The translations under genes and the position numbers were made by a program. DNA of 64,000 nt, taken from assembly GCA_018675685.1 (NCBI GenBank), contig JABGXP010000018.1:16175-80174 (forward strand). Direction: 5' to 3'. The stretch's first letter is position 1, and every line of letters starts with the position of its first letter. The notes below the pieces were generated by a model. The model did no database searches, had not been told where the DNA came from, and saw only the letters and a program-made list of their open reading frames with translations. Below are positions 39,056 to 49,267 of the stretch, piece by piece. The stretch comes from a bacterium. GTDB taxonomy: Bacteria; Patescibacteriota; Minisyncoccia; Moranbacterales; DUUL01.

Positions 39056-40327
39056 ATGGAAAGTTTTTACCAAGATGTTTTACGAAGGATTAAGAAGGCA
39101 AGTGAGATTATTAAACTACCAGAGCAAATTGAAGAAGTGATTTTAAATCCCCAAAGAATAATTCAGCTCTCATTAACTTTAAAACGTGATAACGGCAACA
39201 TCGAAACATATAAAGCTTATCGGGTCCAACATAATGATGCCCCGGGACCTTTCAAAGGCGGAATTCGTTTTCATGCTGACACTGACTTAGATGAAGTTAG
39301 TGCATTGGCGACATTAATGAGTTTGAAGAATTCAGTTGTCAACTTACCATATGGTGGAGCGAAGGGCGGAATAGGAGTTGACCCTAGGAGTTTGTCGGAA
39401 GCCGAATTAGAGAGGCTTTCCAGGGAATATGTTAATGCTATTCATAATGTGATTGGTCCCCGAAAAGATATTCCAGCGCCTGACGTGAACACAAATGGAC
39501 AGATTATGGCATGGATGGCTGATCAATATAGTTTATTGAATAATAATTATTTGCCAGGAGTTTTCACTGGAAAGCCGATGAATTTTGGTGGGAGCTTTGG
39601 TCGAGACATTGCGACTTCATTTGGTGGTATTGTAGTGCTTGAAGAATTTTTAAAAAAAGAGAAGAAATTAATAAAAAAACAAAACAGTGAAATTACAATT
39701 GCAATTCAAGGTGCTGGAAACGCAGGAGCAAATGCGGCTAGAATCCTTTCCAAAAAAGGTTATAAGATTATAGCAATTTCAGATTCGAAGGGTGGTATCT
39801 TAAATAAAAATGGCTTGAAAATTGAGGCAATTTTAGATGAATACCAAGAAGAAAAAAGAAAAGATAGCTCTGTAACTATCACTGAATCAGGGGGCGAATT
39901 TCAAAAAATTACCAACAAGGAGTTACTAGAGTTAACTGTTGATATTTTGATTCCTGCAGCTTTGGAAAATCAAATCAACAATGAAAATGCTAAAAAAATA
40001 AAAACCAAGATTGTCCTGGAGTTAGCCAACGGACCAGTTACATTCGATGCGAATGAAGCTCTTTTCGAAAATAAAGTAACAGTACTTCCTGGTATTCTAG
40101 CAAATGCAGGAGGCGTTGTTGGTAGTTATTTCGAATGGGTTCAGAACAATTCAGGTGATAGATGGAGCAAAGAGGATGTTCTTGGAAAAATTGAAACTAA
40201 AATGAAAGAAGCTTTTGCCGATCTAGACTTAGTTAAAACAAAACTAAAAACTGATTACCACACAGCAGCCTTTGCATCTTCTATTTTGAAGCTGCAAGAG
40301 GCAATGAAAACTAGAGGAAGAATTTAA
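39056..40327 (+). CDS. gdhA: Glutamate dehydrogenase (Glu/Leu/Phe/Val DH family)
   Basis: GPFKGGIRF, GGAKGG, DIPAPDVNT, QGAGNAG, ANAGGV..SYFEWVQN. Confidence 0.92.
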   Translation: MESFYQDVLRRIKKASEIIKLPEQIEEVILNPQRIIQLSLTLKRDNGNIETYKAYRVQHNDAPGPFKGGIRFHADTDLDEVSALATLMSLKNSVVNLPYGGAKGGIGVDPRSLSEAELERLSREYVNAIHNVIGPRKDIPAPDVNTNGQIMAWMADQYSLLNNNYLPGVFTGKPMNFGGSFGRDIATSFGGIVVLEEFLKKEKKLIKKQNSEITIAIQGAGNAGANAARILSKKGYKIIAISDSKGGILNKNGLKIEAILDEYQEEKRKDSSVTITESGGEFQKITNKELLELTVDILIPAALENQINNENAKKIKTKIVLELANGPVTFDANEALFENKVTVLPGILANAGGVVGSYFEWVQNNSGDRWSKEDVLGKIETKMKEAFADLDLVKTKLKTDYHTAAFASSILKLQEAMKTRGRI

Positions 40328-40353
40328 TAATCTATAATTTTTTAAAAATAAAC

Positions 40354-40626
40354 ATGTCAGAAAAAAGATATTACACAGCTGAGCAAGCGAAGAGCATCGG
40401 AGAGCAATTGGCTATTGATTGGACTAAGTTTGATATTGAACAATTTCGTAAGGGGATGGATATCGAAATGGAGCATGGGCTCGTTGATGAAAAAACAAAT
40501 GTTTCAGGAGATAACCCATTCACAACCGGGAAAATTGCCCTAGCTCATTTAAATGAGTTTCCTGATTATTATGATCGTCTAGAGAAGATGGAGGAAGAAG
40601 CTGAAGAGTATTGGGAGAATAAATAA
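40354..40626 (+). CDS. DUF5661-like small protein
   Basis: GMDIEMEHG, KIALAHLNEFPDYY.RL. Confidence 0.8.
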   Translation: MSEKRYYTAEQAKSIGEQLAIDWTKFDIEQFRKGMDIEMEHGLVDEKTNVSGDNPFTTGKIALAHLNEFPDYYDRLEKMEEEAEEYWENK

Positions 40627-40709
40627 AAAAATAACAATAAAAAAACGTTCTGATCGATTTTTCTTGTAACTTATTAATGAAATTTCTTTAATTTTTTTAA
40701 AAAACAAAA

Positions 40710-41384
40710 ATGGAAAATAATCATTATCCCGGTGGTGATATGGACACCGGAAGTGTCTCAGAATACGAGACTTCAACAGGCGTCACTAGTTATTCAGACG
40801 TAGTGCCAATGCAAGCTGACTCACTTGAGTCAAACGGTGTAATAGTAGGATTCATGATAGCCTTTCTGTTTGTTATGATTCCGATGTACATTTACTATGC
40901 AATGTCTTTTCAGCGAATGGCACAGAAAATTAATATTCCTGATGACTGGTATGCTTGGGTTCCTGTTCTAAACCTTGTACTGTTATTTAGAATTGCCAAT
41001 AGACCTTTGTGGTGGATAGCACTTTTAATTGTTCCTGGTGTGAATATTATCATTAGTATTGTTGTTTGGATGGATGTCGCAAAGGCAATGGGGAAGCCAG
41101 AATGGTGGGGAATTTTAACAGTTATACCTGTGGTGAATCTTATAGTTCCAGGGTATTTAGCTTTTTCTAACGGAGTTGTGCCTGTTTATGATGCCGAAAT
41201 CACCCCAGTCCTTGGAAATGATGATGCGTTCGCATATAGCACTACAGTCGTTAAGGATCCAAAAGAGAATCTACAGAAAAAAACCCAAGGAGGAGAGGGG
41301 AGTGAGAATCAGCTAGAACAAGATCTAAAAAAAATGCAAAAAGAGGAATTAGAAAAGAAGGATAATGCTGATTTGCAAGGGTGA
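40710..41384 (+). CDS. DUF5684-like membrane protein
   Basis: Repeated WYAWVPVLN / WW..L..P.VN TM motifs. Confidence 0.75.
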   Translation: MENNHYPGGDMDTGSVSEYETSTGVTSYSDVVPMQADSLESNGVIVGFMIAFLFVMIPMYIYYAMSFQRMAQKINIPDDWYAWVPVLNLVLLFRIANRPLWWIALLIVPGVNIIISIVVWMDVAKAMGKPEWWGILTVIPVVNLIVPGYLAFSNGVVPVYDAEITPVLGNDDAFAYSTTVVKDPKENLQKKTQGGEGSENQLEQDLKKMQKEELEKKDNADLQG

Positions 41385-41432
41385 TGGGAGCTTGGAAAAG
41401 ACAACCAAGCATAACTAATAAGAGTTTAAAGA

Positions 41433-42116
41433 ATGAAAGGTATTTTTGCTATTAATAAACCAAGAGGACCAAGTTCGTATGCAATTGTTGCCGGGATTAA
41501 GCGTTTGGTTGGTGGCACAAAAAGAGAAAAAGTTGGACATGCTGGTACACTAGATCCTTTGGCCGAGGGTGTTTTGGTTGTGGCAATTGGAAGGGAATTT
41601 ACTAAGCAAATTGATAAAATAGTTAAAAAGGAGAAAGAATATCTAGCTGAAATTAAACTAGGAACAACAAGCGTCACTGATGACGAAGAAGGTGAAAAAA
41701 ATGAAATCAGTGTAAAAAGAATCCCGACTTTAACGGAGATTGAAAAGATAAAAAACGATTTTATTGGTGAAATTGTTCAAGTCACACCAGTATATAGCGC
41801 TGCTAAGGTTGGTGGAGGAGAAGAAGGCTATAAGAAGGCTAGGAGGGGCGAAAAATTCACACCGCCACCGAGATTTGTGTACATTGAGAGAATTGATGTC
41901 ATTTCTTACGAGTGGCCGATATTGCAGATAAAAACCGTAACTGGACCAGGTGTATACATCCGTTCTTTGGCAAGGGAGTTTGGCGAAAAACTGGGAACAG
42001 GAGGTTATTTAACACGATTGGTACGGACAAGAGTTGGAGATTTCAGGATTGAAGATGCTGTTTCTCCTGAAGAAATTTTTCAAACAAACAAAGTAGTTAA
42101 GTTAAACGAGAACTAG
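41433..42116 (+). CDS. truB: tRNA pseudouridine(55) synthase
   Basis: KVGHAGTLDPLAEGVL, YSA.K, G.YIRSLA, L.RTRVG. Confidence 0.95.
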   Translation: MKGIFAINKPRGPSSYAIVAGIKRLVGGTKREKVGHAGTLDPLAEGVLVVAIGREFTKQIDKIVKKEKEYLAEIKLGTTSVTDDEEGEKNEISVKRIPTLTEIEKIKNDFIGEIVQVTPVYSAAKVGGGEEGYKKARRGEKFTPPPRFVYIERIDVISYEWPILQIKTVTGPGVYIRSLAREFGEKLGTGGYLTRLVRTRVGDFRIEDAVSPEEIFQTNKVVKLNEN

Positions 42117-42211
42117 AAGAGGCATACTTCTCTATGCTTAAGTAGTGGGTTTTACTTGGGGCATTGTAGCATTCCTTAAGTCAGAGGGAAAAAAGAATTA
42201 ATAATTCAAAG

Positions 42212-42868
42212 GTGAAAAAAGAAATTTCGGAAAGTGAAATAAAAAAGAGAAAGAAAAGAGCAAGAATTATAATGAGCGAATTGGCTAGGCTTTTTCCTGT
42301 ATCAAAAATTGCTCTTAATTTTTCCAACACACTCGAATTACTTATCGCGGTTGTTTTGTCCGCACAATGCACTGACAAAAAAGTCAACGAGGTAACAGAG
42401 AAGCTTTTCAAGAAATATCCAACACTCGATGATTATTTAAAAGCTGATCTAGAAGAGTTTGAGCAGGATATTCGCTCAACTGGATTTTATCGAAATAAAG
42501 CAAAAAACATCCTAGCGACAACGAGAATTATAAACAATAAATTTAAAGGAGAAGTTCCAAACTCAATGGAAAAACTAATTGAATTGCCAGGCGTTGCAAG
42601 AAAGACTGCAAATATTGTGCTAGGCGATGGATTTGGAAAAATAGAAGGGGTCGCTGTCGATACACATGTTAGGAGACTTTCTATTTTACATGGATTAACC
42701 ACTCAGAAAAATCCAGACAAAATAGAGCAGGATTTAATAAAGATAATTCCACAGAAAGAGTGGCTGAATTTCAATCATAGGATTATTGAATATGGGCGTA
42801 AATTTTGTCCAGCAAAAAAACATGACCATGAGAATTGCCCAATAGCGAAAAAAATAAATATCCAATAA
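42212..42868 (+). CDS. nth: Endonuclease III
   Basis: LSAQCTD..VN, GFYRNKA, HhH LPGVARKTAN, VDTHV. Confidence 0.93.
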   Translation: MKKEISESEIKKRKKRARIIMSELARLFPVSKIALNFSNTLELLIAVVLSAQCTDKKVNEVTEKLFKKYPTLDDYLKADLEEFEQDIRSTGFYRNKAKNILATTRIINNKFKGEVPNSMEKLIELPGVARKTANIVLGDGFGKIEGVAVDTHVRRLSILHGLTTQKNPDKIEQDLIKIIPQKEWLNFNHRIIEYGRKFCPAKKHDHENCPIAKKINIQ

Positions 42869-42902
42869 CTCAAAGACTACTAAAAAGTGACTGAGAATGT
42901 GT

Positions 42903-42944
42903 ATACAAAAAAAGACTATTTTAAAGGATAGTCTTTTTTTGTAT
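42903..42944. terminator. Bidirectional terminator
   Basis: TATACAAAAAAAGACTAT...ATAGTCTTTTTTTGTATA between convergent genes. Confidence 0.7.
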
Positions 42945-42972
42945 AATTTGTATAGGTAATGACTTAATAAGC

Positions 42973-44271
42973 TTAATCCTCCTGTTCCTTTCCCTGTTCT
43001 TTTTTAAATGCAGCAGCAGCACTTACTCCTGCTAAGAATCCAGTGCTCCAACAAATTTGAAGATTATATCCACCGGTTGGACCATCAAGATCTAGAACTT
43101 CTCCTGCTAAGTATAAATTCTTTATTTTTCGCGAGTTTGTTGTTTGAGAGTCGACTTCTTTTAAATCAATTCCACCTGAGGTTACGATAGCTTGTCCAAA
43201 GCCCACTAGTTCTGTGACGCTTACAATCAGGTTCTTCGTTAGTTTAACAAGATTTTGTCTTTCTTCTTTAGTTACCTTGTTAACCTTCTTCTCCATGTTT
43301 ATTTTTGAAAGACGGATCATTACAGGGATCAATCTTTGTGGAAAGAGATCTTCAAGTGAATTTTTAAATTGTTTATTTTGATATTTTTGAAAATCTCTTT
43401 GAATCCTTTTATCCAGGGCATCGAAAGTTAGTGTGGGCTTTAAATCAATTGAAAGATGAACTTTCGCTTTTTTCTTCATTAATTCGCCGACCTTCTTGCT
43501 CATATCTAAGACGATTGGGCCGCTAACACCAATATGTGTAAAAAGCATATCTCCGAATCTCTCATCCTGAACCTTGTTGTTTTGGACTACGCTTAATTTT
43601 ACATTTTTCAATGTTAACCCCACTACAAATTCAATCCATTTATCATTCGCTCTTATCGGAGTCAGAGCTGGCTCTGGTTCAATAACGGAGTGTCCGAATT
43701 GCTCAGCCCAAGAATATCCATCACCAGTTGATCCAGTTCCTGAGTATGATTTACCTCCCGTACAAAGAATGAATTGTTTTGCTAAGATCTCCCCTTTTTT
43801 AGTTGAAAGGCTCTGAATTAAATTATCTTTAACTTGAATGGATACAATCTTATTATTACGGATAACAATAACTTTGTTTGTTGCCAAGCGTTTTCTAAGA
43901 GCAGTCAGGATATCTTCAGCTGAATCTGAATACGGAAAAACACGTCCTCCGCGTTCAGTTTTGAGATTGACACCCTCTGCTTTGAAAAATTCTTTAGTGT
44001 CTTCAACGCCAAACTTAGCAAGAGCTGAAAAAAGAAACTTGCCGCTTCTCCCAAGATCATCTAAAAGAGTATCTTTCGTAAAATTTTCCTGCGTTAGATT
44101 GCAACGGCCTTTTCCTGTGATTAAAAGCTTTTTCCCAAGTTTTTGATTTTTCTCAATTAGCGCAACTTTAGCTCCAGATTCAGCTGCCCAAATAGCAGCC
44201 ATCATCCCTGAAGCCCCGCCACCGATAACGGCGATGTCAAAAATTAGTTTGTCTTTACTGTTGATCTTCAT
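42973..44271 (-). CDS. HI0933/BaiN (YhiN-like) flavoprotein
   Basis: GGGASGMMAA, KLLITGKGRCN, GRVFP, TGGKSY..TGSTGDGY, GGYNLQ. Confidence 0.92.
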   Translation of the reverse strand: MKINSKDKLIFDIAVIGGGASGMMAAIWAAESGAKVALIEKNQKLGKKLLITGKGRCNLTQENFTKDTLLDDLGRSGKFLFSALAKFGVEDTKEFFKAEGVNLKTERGGRVFPYSDSAEDILTALRKRLATNKVIVIRNNKIVSIQVKDNLIQSLSTKKGEILAKQFILCTGGKSYSGTGSTGDGYSWAEQFGHSVIEPEPALTPIRANDKWIEFVVGLTLKNVKLSVVQNNKVQDERFGDMLFTHIGVSGPIVLDMSKKVGELMKKKAKVHLSIDLKPTLTFDALDKRIQRDFQKYQNKQFKNSLEDLFPQRLIPVMIRLSKINMEKKVNKVTKEERQNLVKLTKNLIVSVTELVGFGQAIVTSGGIDLKEVDSQTTNSRKIKNLYLAGEVLDLDGPTGGYNLQICWSTGFLAGVSAAAAFKKEQGKEQED

Positions 44272-44415
44272 AATGTTGTTAGTGAATTTGTTGTGTTAGC
44301 AAATAGTTTATAATAGACTGTATTATGGTTTTTGGCAAGGAACGCATTTTTCTTTATTTGAATGAAAGTTTTATGATTTTTAAAATAAAATAGTTTTGAA
44401 GTCAGAGTGGTATTG

Positions 44416-44541
44416 AAAAAAGGTACGCCCGGGTGCACAATGTGCTCCCGGGCGTCAGTGACGAGGTGTTGTTATTCATATCGAATTTAGCGCTGGCTGG
44501 GCAAAAAATTAGAAAAAATAATAACACTCCTTGTCACGCAT
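44416..44541 (-). ncRNA. Stand-alone small RNA candidate
   Basis: TTGACA-N16-TACAAT promoter (44573-44546), long rod stem, GC-rich terminator plus T6. Confidence 0.55.
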
Positions 44542-44945
44542 AAACATTGTAATTAAATACCCAGATTTGTCAAGTAAAAAGAACAGTTTATTTTTTAACT
44601 AACAGTGTTTAGTACACATCAATAGTATGTTTTTATTTGATAATAAAAAATGTTAAAATAGCAACAAGACAAGAGCTGAGATTAATTTAGTGAGTATTTA
44701 AATGTTTGGAAACAGTTGATTTGCATTAATAGATACACCAAGAAATCAACAAAAATAATTTTAGATAAAATCAAAAAGAGGTATTAAAAGGCAAATACAA
44801 AAGAGTATAAACTATTGTAAATAGGGAACTAAAAGCTTAATAAGATTGTTCTGTTCAAAACTATTGACAAAAATAGAAAAAAAGAGAATGATGGAACTAT
44901 TGGTATTAATTAAATAAGTTAAATAAATTAATTTTTTTCAAACAA

Positions 44946-45446
44946 ATGTGGGTAAAGGATTACATGTGTGACTGGGTGAACACAATTCACCAAGAAAAAA
45001 CGCTTGCTGATGCTACTAAGCAAATGGTTGAGCAAAAAACAAATAGTATCGTTGTGATCGATGATGATAAAAAGCCTGTTGGTTTAGTTTCTACGCGCTT
45101 ACTTATTAAGCAGGTTGTGCCTGAGTATCTAAAAAATGATCCAATTTTTTCAATGTACGGAGCAGAGGGAACGTTTGATAGATATGCTGAAAAAGTTAAG
45201 GATGTGAAGCTAGAGGAATTTATGATTACAGAATTCCACACACTCTCAGAAAATGATGCAATGATTGAAGCTGCTGCATATGCAGTTAAGGGCGTGGGAA
45301 GATTTATCTTAGTTGTGAACAAAGAAGGGCTATTAGTAGGAGCAATTTCAAGGACTTGTGTTAAAAATGCACTATACAACGCCCTCTTTAAGGAGGAGCG
45401 AATTGATCCTAAGAAAAATAATCGTGATATAAAGTCAAATAGTTAG
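44946..45446 (+). CDS. CBS-domain protein
   Basis: Tandem CBS pattern (VKDYM...VVID...PVGLVS; VVN..GLLVGAIS). Confidence 0.85.
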   Translation: MWVKDYMCDWVNTIHQEKTLADATKQMVEQKTNSIVVIDDDKKPVGLVSTRLLIKQVVPEYLKNDPIFSMYGAEGTFDRYAEKVKDVKLEEFMITEFHTLSENDAMIEAAAYAVKGVGRFILVVNKEGLLVGAISRTCVKNALYNALFKEERIDPKKNNRDIKSNS

Positions 45447-45513
45447 GTTGATTTAAAAAGCAATGAAAAGTCGTTGTTTTTTATTTTTTATTTTTTATTT
45501 TTAATTTAATTTT

Positions 45514-46839
45514 ATGCATGGGGTTGAACAGGAAGTTATAGGACATTTCCAGATTACAACTGGGATGATTACAGCTGCAATGCTGATTTTCTTAGGAAGT
45601 TATGCTGCTATTATATCAGAAAAAATTCACAGAACAATTATTGCAATTTTTGGTGGAGCATTGATGATTATTGCTGGAGAACTGATGGGATTTTATGACC
45701 AACATGGAGCTGTTGGTGCCATTGATTTTAATACCGTCGGTTTGTTAGTAGGAATGATGATTATTGTGGGAATTACAAAAGACACTGGTGTTTTTCAATA
45801 TGTTGCAGTAAAGGCGGCAAAACTAGCAAAAGGAGATCCTTGGAAAATTCTTTTTATGTTTGCAATAATTACAGCTGTTTTTTCAGCGCTCTTAGATAAC
45901 GTGACTACCGTTCTTTTGATGGTTCCAATGACGTTTGTTATTTGCGACAATCTTAAGATTAATCCAATGCCATTTTTGATGACAGAAATTTTAATGAGTA
46001 ATGTCGGAGGTACAGCGACCTTGATTGGTGACCCTCCAAATATTTTAATTGGTTCTGCTGCTGGACTAACATTTATGCAATTTGTGCAGAATCTTGCCCC
46101 AATTGTTATTGTTATGATTATTGTCTTGGTCCCAGTATTTAAATTTTTGTATGGAAAAAAGATTCAAACAGATAAGGAGAGCATGGAAAGAATCATGCAT
46201 TTAAATGAAAGCGATAGCCTCGAGAATATTCCATTGCTTAAAAAATCACTTTTCGTGCTAGCTTTGGTTATCTCTGGTTTTTTCTTCCATGGAGCATTGG
46301 GAATGGAAGCTGCAACAATCGCACTTTTTGGAGCCGGGCTATTACTTTTCTTAGATGGAAAGAATCCAGAGAGAGTTTTGCATGAAGTTGAATGGATTAC
46401 AATCTTCTTTTTTATTGGTTTATTCGTTTTAGTTGGCGGGCTTGAGCACGTTGGTGCAATTAACTGGGCTGCTGAAAGAATGCTGGAATTAACTGGAGGA
46501 GATTTCAAGTTTACTTCAATCTTAATTCTTTGGGGTGCTGCAATTTTCTCAGCCTTCGTTGATAATATTCCTTTCGTAGCAACAATGATTCCTCTTGTGG
46601 AACAAATGGACGGTGTTTTTGCACAAGGACTTGAGCCAATTTGGTGGTCCTTGGCTCTAGGAGCTTGTCTTGGTGGCAATGGAACATTGGTTGGTGCTAG
46701 TGCTAATCTTGTTGTTGCTGGAATGGCTGAAAAAGCTGGATATAAAATTAAGTTTATTGAATTTATGAAAGTAGGGCTCTTTATTATGTTTATCACCGTA
46801 GCAATGGCACAAGTCTATCTTTGGATAAAGTTCTATTAG
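45514..46839 (+). CDS. ArsB/NhaD (SLC13-like) permease
   Basis: SALLDNVTT, GGTATLIGDPPN, VDNIPF, LGGNGTLVGASAN. Confidence 0.9.
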   Translation: MHGVEQEVIGHFQITTGMITAAMLIFLGSYAAIISEKIHRTIIAIFGGALMIIAGELMGFYDQHGAVGAIDFNTVGLLVGMMIIVGITKDTGVFQYVAVKAAKLAKGDPWKILFMFAIITAVFSALLDNVTTVLLMVPMTFVICDNLKINPMPFLMTEILMSNVGGTATLIGDPPNILIGSAAGLTFMQFVQNLAPIVIVMIIVLVPVFKFLYGKKIQTDKESMERIMHLNESDSLENIPLLKKSLFVLALVISGFFFHGALGMEAATIALFGAGLLLFLDGKNPERVLHEVEWITIFFFIGLFVLVGGLEHVGAINWAAERMLELTGGDFKFTSILILWGAAIFSAFVDNIPFVATMIPLVEQMDGVFAQGLEPIWWSLALGACLGGNGTLVGASANLVVAGMAEKAGYKIKFIEFMKVGLFIMFITVAMAQVYLWIKFY

Positions 46840-46988
46840 AGAATAAATAGTAAGTAAGAATATTTAAAAAAATACCAGCAGATAGCATCTGTGGGTATTT
46901 TTTAAAACAAATAAACAAATTTGTTAAAATAAACAAAAAGACACTGGAAATCACCAGCGCCTTGGTTGTTGAGTTTTAAAGGAGATCT

Positions 46989-47162
46989 TTATTTTGAAAC
47001 CTTATTCATAGTCTTGATGCATTTTGTACAAACATTGGTTTTTTTGCCATCAATGTGTCTTGTTTGAATATTAGCCTTAAAAGTTCTTTTAGTAGCGATA
47101 TTTGAATGAGAACGTGAGTTTCCTGACATAGTCTTCTTACCGCAAATGCTACAACGTGCCAT
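46989..47162 (-). CDS. rpmB: 50S ribosomal protein L28
   Basis: MARCSICGK...GNSRSHS...KRTFKANIQ...VCTKCIK. Confidence 0.95.
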   Translation of the reverse strand: MARCSICGKKTMSGNSRSHSNIATKRTFKANIQTRHIDGKKTNVCTKCIKTMNKVSK

Positions 47163-47344
47163 ATGTCTACCTTGAATAGTTATAAAATGTATTGTAAACT
47201 TAACAAGTAATAGAGTACCAATTCCAAGGCGTTTTGTCAACCTTTTGTAATGAGGCAAGTGATTTGTATTTTTATCTGGGAATTGGTTTAATGAATTACT
47301 CTATGTATCGTTTGTCTGCTGATAGAAATTTTAAATTTATATTT

Positions 47345-47980
47345 ATGGGTATTAGTATCGAAATAGTTTTGCAAATTGCAGTTTTAATTTTCTCTGTTGT
47401 GGTTCACGAAGTAGCTCATGGATATGCAGCTTTAAGACTTGGAGATCCAACAGCTAAATATGCAGGGAGATTAACTTTGAACCCAATGAAGCATTTGGAT
47501 ATGTGGGGATCATTTCTGGTTCCTTTGTTTCTAGCAATTTCCCAAATAGGATTTGTTTTTGGTTGGGCAAAACCAGTTCCATACAACCCCTACAACCTTA
47601 AGGATCAAAGATATGGACCAGCAATTGTTGGGGTAGCAGGACCATTATCAAATTTAATACTCGCATTAATTAGTGGAATCTCTTTAAGAATACTATTGGT
47701 TACTGGAATGGCTGATGGTCTTTTAGCTAGTATTTTTGCTCTTATGTTTATTATCAATATTGCACTTATGGTGTTTAATTTGTTTCCTATCCCTCCTTTG
47801 GATGGCTCAAAACTACTTTTTGCCTTTTTGCCAATTTCAGAATATACCAAGCAAATGCTTGAAAAGAATGGTTTGGTGATTTTCTTACTTTTTTTGTTTT
47901 TATCCAAAGGACTTATAGGAGAAACAATCTTATATGTAGTGGAGTTTTTTGCTAGATATATTATTGGTACTGGGCTATAG
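47345..47980 (+). CDS. Site-2 protease (M50) family
   Basis: HEVAHG, GWAKPVP, AGPLSN, NLFPIPPLDG. Confidence 0.92.
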   Translation: MGISIEIVLQIAVLIFSVVVHEVAHGYAALRLGDPTAKYAGRLTLNPMKHLDMWGSFLVPLFLAISQIGFVFGWAKPVPYNPYNLKDQRYGPAIVGVAGPLSNLILALISGISLRILLVTGMADGLLASIFALMFIINIALMVFNLFPIPPLDGSKLLFAFLPISEYTKQMLEKNGLVIFLLFLFLSKGLIGETILYVVEFFARYIIGTGL

Positions 47981-48062
47981 AGCTTATCATCCATACTTCT
48001 ATAAGGACAATTTGATAAGTATACTTGACAAGTTCTGAACTTGTGGTAACCTATTAAAAGTA

Positions 48063-48166
48063 TTCCGTAGACCTTAGGCGCAACTATAAGTCCTAAGTAG
48101 GGGTAAAAGAAACTTCTTTTTAGAATTCTTTGCTTCCGAAATCTACGTTATACGTAGATTTTTTTA
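48063..48166 (+). promoter_or_regulatory. L10 leader-like ribosomal protein autoregulatory RNA with attenuator hairpin
   Basis: CCGTAGAC.TTAGG...CCTAA pattern upstream of rplJ, then AAATCTACGT/ACGTAGATTT plus T run; TTGACA at 48025. Confidence 0.7.
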
Positions 48167-48200
48167 TTTAAAGAGAGTTAATAAGATTAAAATAAGAAAC

Positions 48201-48725
48201 ATGCTTACACGCCAAAATAAGGAGGCTTTGATAGATGATCTTACAAAGAATCTCAAGGAAAGTACAACCTCTATTATCTGCGATTATAAAGGTTTAAGTG
48301 TTTCGGAGATTAGCGAACTCAGAAAGGTATTGCGAGAAAAAAATGCAAACATGAAAGTAGCAAAGAAAACATTTACACAAATAGCTTTTGACAACGCTAA
48401 AATTGATATAGATGTTCGGAAAATTGATGGTCAGGTTGCAGTGATTTACGGAGGAGATGATGAAGTTTGTTCTTCAAAAGCAGCATTTGATTTCTCTAAA
48501 GAAAATAAAGCTTTTAAAATCAAAGCTGGATCATTGGAGGGAAAAGCAATTACAACAGAAGAGATTGCAAGTCTTGCTAAACTTCCTTCAAAGGAACAAT
48601 TACTCGGTCAGGTAGTTGGAACAATAAAGGCGCCTATTACAGGTTTTGTCGGTGCGCTTAGCGGAAACTTGCGGAATTTAGTTTATACATTAAATGCAGT
48701 TAAAGAATCCAAAGAGAACGCCTAA
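48201..48725 (+). CDS. rplJ: 50S ribosomal protein L10
   Basis: DYKGL.V...LRK, KVAKKT, LAKLPS.EQL. Confidence 0.95.
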   Translation: MLTRQNKEALIDDLTKNLKESTTSIICDYKGLSVSEISELRKVLREKNANMKVAKKTFTQIAFDNAKIDIDVRKIDGQVAVIYGGDDEVCSSKAAFDFSKENKAFKIKAGSLEGKAITTEEIASLAKLPSKEQLLGQVVGTIKAPITGFVGALSGNLRNLVYTLNAVKESKENA

Positions 48726-48766
48726 CAATAGTTTATAAACATATTTAATAATAATTTTACAAAGTT

Positions 48767-49186
48767 ATGACAGAAGAAAAAAAGGTTGAAGAAAAGAAGG
48801 ACGTTAAAGTTCCTGCTAAATTCAAAGCTATCATTGAGGAGATTGAAAAAATGAGTGTATTGGACCTTTCAGAATTGGTTTCAATTCTTGAAGATAAGTT
48901 CAATGTTACTGCTGCTGCTCCTGCAATGGCAATGGCTGCTCCTGTAGCTGGTGAAGAAGCTGCTGCTGAAGAGAAAACAGAATTCGATGTAACTTTAATT
49001 GCTCCTGGTGATGCAAAAATCAATGTGATTAAGGTTGTTAAAGAAATTACTGGTCTTGGTCTAAAAGAAGCGAAGGGCATTGTAGACGAAGCTCCAAAGG
49101 CTATTAAAGAGAAGGTAGCTAAAGAGGAAGCCGAAGAGTTGAAGAAAAAACTTGAAGATGCTGGAGCTACTGTAGAATTGAAATAG
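48767..49186 (+). CDS. rplL: 50S ribosomal protein L7/L12
   Basis: [34 protein letters not shown]. Confidence 0.97.
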   Translation: MTEEKKVEEKKDVKVPAKFKAIIEEIEKMSVLDLSELVSILEDKFNVTAAAPAMAMAAPVAGEEAAAEEKTEFDVTLIAPGDAKINVIKVVKEITGLGLKEAKGIVDEAPKAIKEKVAKEEAEELKKKLEDAGATVELK

Positions 49187-49214
49187 TTCAACTTTTCATA
49201 CTAAAGAGAAAACC

Positions 49215-49250
49215 CAAAAAAACCCATGGTTAAAACCATGGGTTTTTTGT
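49215..49250. terminator. Bidirectional terminator
   Basis: AAAAAACCCATGGTT-AA-AACCATGGGTTTTTT. Confidence 0.8.
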
Positions 49251-49267
49251 TTGGGATACAGCACTAA

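Noticed and set aside
38870-39140. ORFs overlapping tRNA-Pro
   Set aside because: Explained by the tRNA gene and the gdh start
44580-44940. oriC in the AT-rich intergenic stretch
   Set aside because: No cluster of TTATCCACA boxes seen and no dnaA nearby
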